This document shows, piece by piece, positions 9,969 through 19,396 of a stretch of DNA of 19,396 nucleotides. The first letter of the stretch is position 1; every line of letters begins with the position of its first letter. Position numbers and translations under genes: made by a program. The notes below the pieces were generated by a model. It ran no database searches, was not told the DNA's origin, and saw only the letters and a program-made list of their open reading frames with translations. The DNA is from Ginkgo biloba (Eukaryota; Plantae; Ginkgophyta): positions 64,980,599-64,999,994 of the forward strand of contig JANKJI020000004.1 of the NCBI GenBank assembly GCA_024626585.2. Direction: 5' to 3'.

Positions 9969-10399
9969 GTGCCCTGGCTTTGCTGCCATTTATGTGCTGC
10001 TTCAAATAGATAATCTGATCGGCATCCAAATATCTCTTGTGATAAGTCCTCATATGTCTTTTCCTTCGCAATCAATTGATATATATTATTTCAGGGGCTG
10101 TCTGAGTTAGTGGCATCATTATGTTTCGTCAAGTTTGCCATGAGGTTAATGGGATTGTTNNNNNNNNNNNNNNNNNNNNNNNNNNNNNNNNNNNNNNNNN
10201 NNNNNNNNNNNTTAATGCTAGATTCCAAGAAGATTCTATGTACTATTATGATTATTAATGAAGATTCCTTTGTACTCCATAAATTCTTCTAAATTTTTCA
10301 TGATTTTCTTCTGTATGTATTACTAATGCATGCTTATTCAATAAATGACAATTAACCACACGTTAGTTTAAGTGGGTCCACTAGGTCACCCATTTTCAC

Positions 10400-11130
10400 C
10401 AATAATAGTTGATATCTCTAGTTCGATTTACACATGTAGGAGGCATTGCTCCTTGTCTTGGGCTTCCCTATGACTAACTGGAACATCTAAGGAACCATCT
10501 GTGAGGACTTCTAGGCCCATGACTTTTAGTCAAGGCAATATCACTCATTTTTCTACTTCTATGAGAGGAGCACCTCCCTTAGATTTGAGGGGAGACACTT
10601 CCTTTTTTCTCAATACTAGAGCTCCTCCTAAGATTTTGCAACAAAGTTCCATCGATATATTGGACCAAATGACATCTTGAGGGAGGCGTACGTGACTCAT
10701 AAAATCCACAACTCTAGCATAGGATATCTTATATTAGGTGACATTTTGAGGTAGTCCTTAGGGCATTTTGTAGGGGTTGGAGGACATAACTTGTGATCTT
10801 ACAATTGTCTCTCATGGTAATCTTACATCATATGCACACAAGTTACTATATATTGTTTATTTATTTTATATTTTATATTTTATGTTTTTTTCTAGGTAGT
10901 TTGGAATTGCTTTTTTGTACTTCCTTGAACATTATACATGATGTGGTTCCTAGTCCCATTAACTAGTTTTTTGTTATTCGTGAACATTAGTATAATTTAT
11001 TTCTTCCTTTCTATTACACCTTGCTTTTGCAAATGTCCTAGTGTTGAATTTTTAGTACTCAAGGTGGACAACACCAATCTAAAGCAAGGGGGACTATTTT
11101 AGTATCTAAACATTCCCATTTGGACTACAG
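10400..11130 (+). mobile_element. Possible 3' internal region, PPT and truncated LTR start of another LTR retrotransposon
   Basis: ggacaacaccaatctaaagcaagggggac (PPT-like, 11081-11094) follows a T-rich 3'UTR-like stretch. No partner LTR was found. Confidence 0.35.
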
Positions 11131-12852
11131 GTTAGTGGAGTAGTGGTAAGTGACCCATGGAGATTCTTTCAGGAGGAATATTATGAGGGAGAAAACAAAA
11201 GGGTATTGAGCAGGCAGGAAAGAATTGATTAAGGAAGCAGATGAAAATAAGGAAGAGTAAAGAAAGAAGGAAATTGTATTTACGTTTGTGAATGAGCAAA
11301 GGCAGTCAATGGGACAAGTACATCATGATCAAGAAAGACATGAGGCTTCTCTTTCCTACCTCTAATGCTACACCATTAGATTAAAAGTAAGAATGTAGAT
11401 AAACTAAAATGTCTATCAAAAAGGAGGCTATGCAGTTGGAGGAGGTTGCAACACTGGGATTGGTGTGAAGGTTAGAGTATGAAGATGAGAAAAGTGATCA
11501 GCTGCAGGAATGCAAGGATAAAAGAAAATGTTCAGGGTAAAAATTGCTTCACCCAAGGTCTGAGTTAAGCAATTTGGAAAGAGAACTACAGCCAGGCCAG
11601 TACGTTTCTAAAATGAATAATCTGGATGAATGCATGCATAGATCATAGTGTTGGGGAGTGCATGACAAGAGAGAAGTGCTAAAAGTAAACAATTTTGACA
11701 CGTTTTTGAAGTTAATGGCTAACTGTAGAATTTGGGCCAAGAAGAATCTAATTCCAGAAAGGAGCAGCTAGATTCAAATCTAAAATTGCTAGGCTGCAAA
11801 TGATCCTAAACAAGTTGCTCTTCTCACAATGAATAAACAATCTATAGAGGTGTCCAAGGTTAAGCAGAACACCTTTCTCATTAACACAGATGGTGAAAGG
11901 ATGGAAATGATTCTGTTGATTCCAAGGATTATGTTATGCAGATTGATGGACACAGTAAATATGTGATGGATACCAAACTTAGAGAAAGGGCCTAAGGAAG
12001 CCCCAAACCAAAATTGGTGTCATAGAATTACATGGGGCACTGTACTGTCAAGGTTCACAATAATTGTTAAACCTCTGGCTAAGAAAAGGGATACGAGTCT
12101 TCCAAAAAGTTGTAGATCTCATATTTCCTTTTCCTACCGTCAAAGGTCATGTGCATATTCTGCGATATGTACACATTGGTTGGTTAGATTTGTAAAACAA
12201 ATTAAGTAGGGTAGCTTAAAGAAGATAGACCACAAGTCAATATCCTTTACTTTTCCCACCTGCAGTCTAAACCATTGAATGCAATTGGCAACATGGATTC
12301 AATTAGTGACCAACTTTAAATTGAGTCCACACAATCTGGAGAATCCAATTTATGTATGGCATTGCTGCATACAATCTGAGAGCTGTATGCTAGAAAGGCT
12401 GAGTTGAGTTTTTTGTAGAGCACAGATTAACGCAAGGGCAGTACTTCTACATGACATCTGAGCTCTTGTAGTANNNNNNNNNNNNNNNNNNNNNNNNNNN
12501 NNNNNNNNNNNNNNNNNNNNNNNNNNNNNNNNNNNNNNNNNNNNNNNNNNNNNNNNNNNNNNNNNNGCTATTTATTGCATATCATGTTCAATTTTTTTAA
12601 TTGAATACAGTGCTTAAAATATGTGAGCAGCTTCTTATCTCTAAATCACCTCCCAGCCTTCTTATTTGAATGCAAAAGCAAAGGTCTGCATGTTATCATT
12701 GCTTTATGCACGTCTGATCGAATGGCTTTTATTCTGCTTCTTCGTATTTAGCCAGGTTGTGTGGACAAATTGAATGAGGATGAATGCATGTGGGCAGTGA
12801 TGTAGTTGTGAACTCTGGATGAATCTCCCTTCCAAAAATGCNNNNNNNNNNN

Positions 12853-12887
12853 ACCCGCACCCGCACCCACGAACCCTGGTAACCTTG
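12853..12887. mobile_element. Terminal fragment of a MITE/hAT-like non-autonomous element (rest probably in the adjacent gap)
   Basis: GC-rich (acccgc)n subterminal repeats followed by gaaccctggtaacctt, abutting an N gap on the left and (AT)n on the right. Confidence 0.45.
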
Positions 12888-12912
12888 ATATATATATATA
12901 TATATATATATA
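12888..12912. repeat. (AT)12 microsatellite
   Basis: Uninterrupted AT dinucleotide run. Confidence 0.95.
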
Positions 12913-13014
12913 AACATTGAACACAAGAAAGAAACCCTATAGATTTGCACAGAAAGAGAAGATAACGAGATACAGTGATGCACTCTAATTTTGTCTTTAT
13001 TTGTGTTTTTTCAG

Positions 13015-13089
13015 ATGGGCAACAAAGGTGCATTCATACGTTTCAAGGCTCCAGAACTTAAACCAGAAATTATCTCTTTTGCTGCCGTG
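13015..13089 (+). CDS. PP5: Ser/Thr protein phosphatase 5, penultimate coding exon
   Basis: T-rich tract and tttttcAG end at 13014. The 75-nt phase-0 exon encodes MGNKGAFIRFKAPELKPEIISFAAV; donor GTGAGT at 13090. It continues NYCDQ-MGNKGAFI as in PP5. Confidence 0.95.
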
Positions 13090-13363
13090 GTGAGTAACTG
13101 CTTGTCTACCATTTTATAAAGAACTAGGTTATTGTTATATTTGAAATTTGATCTCATGGAGTGGTGCTGCTGATTATGTTCTTTTAGAGATCAATATATA
13201 TGCATGGCATGGAAGCAAATAACTCCCCATTTTTGTTCTTATTTTAGTTTACGCTCCACATATTATGTTCTAGATTTGTTATATCTTTAGATTTCAAGCT
13301 AAATTAATACAGTTAAATGATTTGCTCTCTGCTAGTTTTTGACTATGTTTGTATGGTGTGCAG
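13090..13363 (+). other. 274-nt last intron of PP5
   Basis: GTGAGT...tgtgcAG; joins AAV to PHPDV. Candidate branch site ttGACt at about 13339-13344. Confidence 0.92.
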
Positions 13364-13423
13364 CCACATCCTGATGTCAGGCCCATGGCATATGCAACTA
13401 ATTTTGTGAAATTATTCTCCTAA
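13364..13423 (+). CDS. PP5: Ser/Thr protein phosphatase 5, terminal coding exon (C-terminal alphaJ tail and stop)
   Basis: Acceptor tgtgcAG ends at 13363. Translation is PHPDVRPMAYATNFVKLFS, with TAA at 13421-13423. VPHPxVxPMAYA is the PP5-specific C-terminus. Confidence 0.95.
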   Translation, partial: PHPDVRPMAYATNFVKLFS

Positions 13424-13950
13424 TCATCGTGAGGTTTACGCCAGAGATAGAGCATATCATGCTCTTAATTTCTGCGATCATGCTGAATACAGGAAATATT
13501 TTGTTTTTGTGTCAAATTTTGATAACCCCAGAAACATTTTCTCACTCAAGATGTGATGATAAAGAGTGTGCATGTTTGCTTTTTGTTCAGTATGGTCAGA
13601 TGGCTGAATGAGCTTGAAGAAGACCCTTTTAGAAAAGCTATGCTCATTAACTTCTGTCTTTTTGAATTTTCTCATCAATTCATGTTGCCATGTATCTGAT
13701 GTTGTAGGCCACGAAAGGCCTCTTGAACCTCAAAGGGTTGTAGCCATGCGATATCTTTGACTAATAAGGTCATTTTTCCAGGTCCAAAAACTCTGAAATT
13801 TCCCAGAATATTTGGGCCCGAGGCAAGCATGCACATTTATGTAAATTCATTTTGGAAATGCTCAATTTTGTACGTATTTAATGTGTTCTATCAGAATGTG
13901 ATTCTCTTGTATTCAATATTGACGATCGTGATATACACCTCAGAATAATT
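13424..13950 (+). other. Probable PP5 3' UTR (end not definable)
   Basis: T/GT-rich, non-TE-looking sequence directly after the stop codon. The right boundary is a guess. Confidence 0.4.
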
Positions 13951-15722
13951 TGTAGCAGGTACCTCGGTGGCAAGCAATTACCCCCAGCAGAATCTTGCAG
14001 AGTAATTTGTGGCTTTTTTGCTTGCACATTTTTTGTGATGAACCTTTGTTCTGCTTGCACATGTTTCAGGCCTTTGCACAAGTGTTTATGAGAAACATTT
14101 GCTTTTCATAAATATGAACTAAATCATCCCCTCCATTTATGCTGTCGACCGTCACTTTTACTTTATCCTGTCATCAGATTTACTGATATCAAAGCTCTTT
14201 CATGATGGGGAATACAAGCAGAGTTCCTCAAGGTGATAGAGGTCTCTATCTGACATTGTCAGGTACATTGATCCATATTATTGGTCCTGTGTTGTGTTGC
14301 CTAAGAAAATTGTTACCCTGAATTGATCTGGTGGCCAGTAATTATCAATCTCATTCATGCAGGAATATGCATATAGGAACTAGGTATGCTTGCATAAATT
14401 GAATCTCGACTCACCAAGATATTGACATTGGTTTCAACATGTAGTTATTGGGTTTTATTGCACAGACACACTGCATGCATCCACAGGTTTTGAACTGATA
14501 ACTAGGCATGGCAAATTGTAGTTGCATGGACACATGTTTCCAGGAGTTTTCGATGTGTCCTCCCTTACCTAGAAGGGAACCTTCTCTTTATCGGAAACTT
14601 ATTGGAGACGGCACTTTTAAATGTGTGTTTTATGATAGTATTCATTACTTCATTGTTAATTATAGACTAGGTAACATAATTTATCACTTAATTGATAATT
14701 AGTGCAGTACATAACTTAAAAACATGTAATTTACAAATTATTATAGGAAATTCAANNNNNNNNNNNNNNNNNNNNNNNNNNNNNNNNNNNNNNNNNNNNN
14801 NNNNNNNNNNNNNNNNNNNNNNNNNNNNNNNNNNNNNNNNNNNNNNNNNNNNNNNNNNNNNNNNNNNNNNNNNNNNNNNNNNNNNNNNNNNNNNNNNNNN
14901 NNNNNNNNNNNNNNNNNNNNNNNNNNNNNNNNNNNNNNNNNNNNNNNNNNNNNNNNNNNNNNNNNNNNNNNNNNNNNNNNNNNNNNNNNNNNNNNNNNNN
15001 NNNNNNNNNNNNNNNNNNNNNNNNNNNNNNNNNNNNNNNNNNNNNNNNNNNNNNNNNNNNNNNNNNNNNNNNNNNNNNNNNNNNNNNNNNNNNNNNNNNN
15101 NNNNNNNNNNNNNNNNNNNNNNNNNNNNNNNNNNNNNNNNNNNNNNNNNNNNNNNNNNNNNNNNNNNNNNNNNNNNNNNNNNNNNNNNNNNNNNNNNNNN
15201 NNNNNNNNNNNNNNNNNNNNNNNNNNNNNNNNNNNNNNNNNNNNNNNNNNNNNNNNNNNNNNNNNNNNNNNNNNNNNNNNNNNNNNNNNNNNNNNNNNNN
15301 NNNNNNNNNNNNNNNNNNNNNNNNNNNNNNNNNNNNNNNNNNNNNNNNNNNNNNNNNNNNNNNNNNNNNNNNNNNNNNNNNNNNNNNNNNNNNNNNNNNN
15401 NNNNNNNNNNNNNNNNNNNNNNNNNNNNNNNNNNNNNNNNNNNNNNNNNNNNNNNNNNNNNNNNNNNNNNNNNNNNNNNNNNNNNNNNNNNNNNNNNNNN
15501 NNNNNNNNNNNNNNNNNNNNNNNNNNNNNNNNNNNNNNNNNNNNNNNNNNNNNNNNNNNNNNNNNNNNNNNNNNNNNNNNNNNNNNNNNNNNNNNNNNNN
15601 NNNNNNNNNNNNNNNNNNNNNNNNNNNNNNNNNNNNNNNNNNNNNNNNNNNNNNNNNNNNNNNNNNNNNNNNNNNNNNNNNNNNNNNNNNNNNNNNNNNN
15701 NNNNNNNNNNNNNNNNNNTGTT

Positions 15723-16030
15723 TGTGAATATCTGTATTTGTTAACTTGGAACGGATTAAGTGTAAAGTTTGGGACATAGCTTTTGTAGTATATTCTATCA
15801 CTTGTCTGTCTAGTGGCTTGGTTGTGAGGTGGGCATCATATGGGTCTTCTTCGCTTCACAAGGCTCACGTAGGCTAACTTGAATAGCAATTTTTTTTGTG
15901 AATATCCCAATTTGTTAACTTTGAACTGTTCAAGTTTAAAGTTTGGGGCATGGCTTTTGTAGTATATTATTTCACTTGTCCATCCAGTGGGTTGGTCATG
16001 AGTGGGCATCATATGGGTATTCTTCCCTTT
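15723..16030. repeat. Diverged tandem duplication, period ~174 bp (about 1.8 copies visible)
   Basis: tgtgaatatc..tttgttaactt..aaagtttggg..gcttttgtagtatatt..tcacttgtc..gtgggcatcatatgggt recurs from 15723 and 15897. Confidence 0.85.
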
Positions 16031-16376
16031 GCGATGATGGCATTTCACCTTCCCCTTCTTACATAAAAAGTGTAGGAAGAGCATTTCAAAGCATTTTTGC
16101 CTCATCTATTAGGTCATGGGGTCTTCCTTTATGTTCTTTGATGCTTACATGCCCGTGTCTTTGTTTTGAGCAATGAACTGCTGCTGAGAAAGAAACCTTG
16201 TACAAAAAAGCTGTTTTGTTAAATACATTTAGTAACACAATGTGGTAGATTGCTTATTTAAAAGCTCATAGTTCCATGTATCATTTATCACATAATGGTT
16301 GCATGTAGGTGTCTGGTAGTTATTAGAATGTAATGCATAACCTTATACATCATTACGATCATTGCCTTGTATGCAA

Positions 16377-16424
16377 ATAAGATGTTGGGTTTGGAGTTTA
16401 TAAGATGTTGGGTTTGGAGTTTAT
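16377..16424. repeat. Perfect 23-bp tandem duplication
   Basis: ataagatgttgggtttggagttt occurs twice (16377-16399 and 16400-16422). Confidence 0.95.
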
Positions 16425-16599
16425 CAAATTTTGGTATTTATGATTCATCATTGATTGTGATTCATATATTTATCAACTATTGGCTTTGTTAACATGGTAT
16501 CATAATTCTAAATTGCCTTTAGAGGGAGCAATACAACTACTTGCATGTCAAACATATGATTGTCATTCTCTTGTAAAGATGAGAACCAAAGAGCAGTTT

Positions 16600-17800
16600 T
16601 GAATTGCACCCACACACATGTAAGCGAATAAAAGGATGGATGTATGCATGAAATAAGGCTTTGATATATTATATGGTGCATTATATACTAAAGTGGGCAA
16701 GGAATTCTCCATGCCAGGTTGGAGGGTTTTATAGATGTATTGTTAACATAAGTTATAATTATTTCCCAAAGTGTGTGCTTTTGTGTTCACAAGTGACCCA
16801 TAGAGTTGTTAAAGGGAGAATCTAAGACATCAAATCAATTGGAAACTCTTAATGAAGTTTCATGTTACAATTGCAAACCTGATTGCCTTCAATGTGAATA
16901 TGATGTGGGTATACATATCTATTTTTGTTATCACAAGACTTGCATGATTACACCTAGTTTGAGAGAGTAGAAGTTGACAGGTCATGTTCTAAAGCTTGGG
17001 GTGGTCATTTCAATGTTTACCACTTTTGTAGGTGCGTTGTATAATAGGATTTACTTTCGTTGTGTGGAGGGTGGTAATGTATGGAGTGGTTGATGAAGAA
17101 TCTATTTGCACTATGAAGTGTAAGACAATATGCATATGTTAAATACATTGTAAGTATACATCAAACAAATAATTTGTAGGATTTGTATTTGAAGAGTAGT
17201 AATTGGTTCTATCAAACAAACATTTGCAGAATGTGTAGACGATGAACACTCGAATTGGGAGAGCAGCTTTTCACATAGTGCAATGATTGGATGGGAAATG
17301 CATTATATGTATACAAAGCTAACATTGCACTTGCAATCCACCTCTATATGACATCATGTTTGGTCAAGTCTCCATAAATTTTCACTTGGTGCAATAATGA
17401 ACACGTTAAAAAACTTTGCAAAATTCAAAGGGACAACACAAGAAGGTTAGGAAGCAACATCATCTTTGTATCACTAGTAAATAGTATGATCGAACAAAGA
17501 AGGCAAAATAACTATCAGTTGTCTCATCGCTTGGTCAATTGTGACAATTACATATGGCAGTATCAAATCATTGTTGGTATGTTGCGCATAGAGAGTCTAT
17601 TGTATCAATTGTTCAATCAGTCGAAAGTATAAAGTGAATTGCAAGACACCATACAAGTGGTTGGAGTATCATGAAGCTCGATTACTAATAGAAGGGGATG
17701 AGGCCAATTGCAACCGTGTAGGTTGTTGAATGCATACCCAAGGTGTGTTGGTTGCTATTAGAACAAATAAGAAGATTAGTGAAGTTGTTTGTAATTGATA
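16600..17800 (+). mobile_element. Highly decayed CACTA/En-Spm Tnp2-type transposase remnant
   Basis: Frameshifted fragments around 16920-16995 (FVIT..LHLV..VEV.GHV) resemble the FFDIMVHLLIHLVEEVELCGPV motif. At about 17062-17110, VEGG..VDEESI resembles the EGSMAEGY..EE motif. No termini were identified. Confidence 0.5.
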
Positions 17801-18619
17801 ATGGTTATTCTAATCATTCTATTGAAAATGTTGCATTCATTGGAAAGCATTCTCCCACATTATATGCCATTGTTTGGAACAATCAATGTACTAATCAATA
17901 AATTGAATATTATGCTAATCACTACACTATTCATGGTGGCATGCATGGGAAATAATCAATATAATGGTGAGTTATTCTCACTATATGCCTTAAAATATCA
18001 ATTTGCTTATAATGCATCTTTGCTTTCGGGGGATTAGGCAAGTTTGCACTTCTTTAGCAATGGCATTAATATTTTTATCTTTTCATGTCTACAAATTGAA
18101 GACTTCAAATTTGTCAAGGACCTTCTTCAAGAGATTGAAACTTTTGTTTTTGCCTTGCAACTTTTTTTGCAATTCTACCATTCGTGATCACAAGGGACTG
18201 TATTCCTCATAAATATTCCTCCCTTTGTTATTTTCTAACGGGTGTTATTATTTACCATGCCTCCATCATGAGCACTATTGATAATGTATTGCTTTCAAGT
18301 TTCCTTCATTGATCTAACTTGTACTGGGCTTAAGTTGAAAGTCTTTTAATGATACATATTGTAGGTCTTGCCATTACTATGGCCACCTAGTTTGGCAAGG
18401 CCACTGAGTCCTTGTTAAGCCCCATGGAAACTCGTGTTGATGATAGCAATTTTTGTTGTTACGCATTTCAATTTTACAAATGTGATGCCATTTATTCTGA
18501 TACTTCAACTTCCCCCTTAGGATGCTTGTTCTATGTGTGCCCTTGATGGGTGGGCATCATATAATGGGTCTTGGGTGTCATTTCTTTATGTTGTCTTTTA
18601 GTGGCAATGTGGTTCAAAA

Positions 18620-19396
18620 GTTATGATTAGTGGCATTTTTCTACCTCCTCTACGCTGATTAATGGCCAACTTGCAGATGACTCCTTTCTCATGGTGGCAA
18701 TGTTAAGAAGAGTTGTCATAGTTATGATGGAGTGCTTGGAAATATTTTGCGAGGTCTCTAACTCAAGTATCCAATGGAGGAAAATCCTCTGTTACTGGTG
18801 CTCTACAAGTGACGTCCATGAGTGGGCAAAAGATCATAATTGGTCCTGGGTGTCTACAGGAGAACTATTTAAATTCTCAGGGACCCCTTTTGGGTTCTAG
18901 GGCTCGCTCACAGATATTTGAAATTATGTGATTAGTAGGGTGGAGAAGAAGTTGGAATATTGGGGCACATAACTCACAAGCTTATTAGTCCAGCTTGAAA
19001 TTGCCTCAAAGGTGCTGAATGCCACACATGTTTATTACTCGTCCTGCTAGGCCCTATTTAAGGCTACTCACAATGGACTTTAGAAGTTAGTAAGAAATTT
19101 TCTATGGTCCCTTGTTGATAGGAAGAAAGGCTTCCATAGAGTGAAGTGGGAGATTTGCCAGGCTACCAAAGGGCAAGGTGGCTTGGGAATTTGGACATCC
19201 ATCGACAAAGCTTCGTTTATGCTCCAAATGGATCATTAGAGCAGTAGAGGGTTTGGAATCTTGAAAAGTCCTCATATGACACAACATTTTAGTAGGTTGA
19301 ATTAATGGTAAGAAGTGTTGCAACAATCTCTTGCTGCAAACCCTTATTCTTACGCCTACTAAGGTTCAAGTTTAAGGATTGGTGGTGTTCACGTCC
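18620..19396 (+). mobile_element. LINE L1 ORF2 reverse transcriptase remnant (5'-truncated, runs off the window end)
   Basis: ISGIFLP / LINGQLADDSFL (YADD-type catalytic motif at 18670-18681), then LEIFCEVS..IQWRK, FKFSGTPFG, RVEKKLEYW, SKVLNATHVYYSSC, RNFLWS..FHRVKWEICQATKGQGGLGILD and KWIIR. Multiple in-frame stops. Confidence 0.9.

Larger units (their letters stand above)
6054..13014 (+). other. ~7 kb GT-AG intron of PP5, filled with TE remnants (nominal length; contains gaps)
   Basis: Joins CDQ to MGNKG in frame with no residues missing relative to known PP5 proteins. Confidence 0.9.

Noticed and set aside
11150-12470. Purine-rich, coding-like stretch, possibly a LINE ORF1 remnant
   Set aside because: No diagnostic motif could be read reliably; left unassigned.
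13694-13745. Hammerhead ribozyme (ctgatg...gaaa)
   Set aside because: The core reads CUGAUGU rather than CUGANGA, and stems II and I cannot be formed convincingly.
14692-15801. ~350-aa ORFs on both strands in the ORF track
   Set aside because: Almost entirely N-gap (X residues). The same applies to ORFs spanning gaps at about 2300, 4240, 7130, 8490 and 9340.

Overview
AT-rich, gap-ridden eukaryotic land-plant genomic DNA; long TE-filled introns suggest a gymnosperm-like genome, which is inference only. The unspliced ORF track is largely uninformative here. The one clear host gene is the 3' part of a Ser/Thr protein phosphatase 5 (PP5/PAPP5) gene on the + strand. Four GT-AG-bounded coding exons (5706-5832, 5953-6053, 13015-13089, 13364-13423) splice to ...GLMCELLWSDPQP[gap][99 protein letters not shown]. 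The ~7 kb intron holds a decayed Ty3/gypsy chromovirus (7770-9968) with both LTRs, a tRNA-Met PBS, a PPT, a near-perfect 5-bp TSD, integrase and chromodomain. Elsewhere are LTR fragments, a 48-50 bp hairpin-bearing tandem array with a neighbouring long stem-loop, a MITE-like end beside an (AT)n tract, a probable CACTA transposase remnant and a LINE L1 reverse-transcriptase remnant. I found no convincing novel biological system. The most unusual items are the hairpin array with its adjacent palindrome-tipped stem-loop, and possible alternative 3' splicing that would remove the PP5 autoinhibitory tail.
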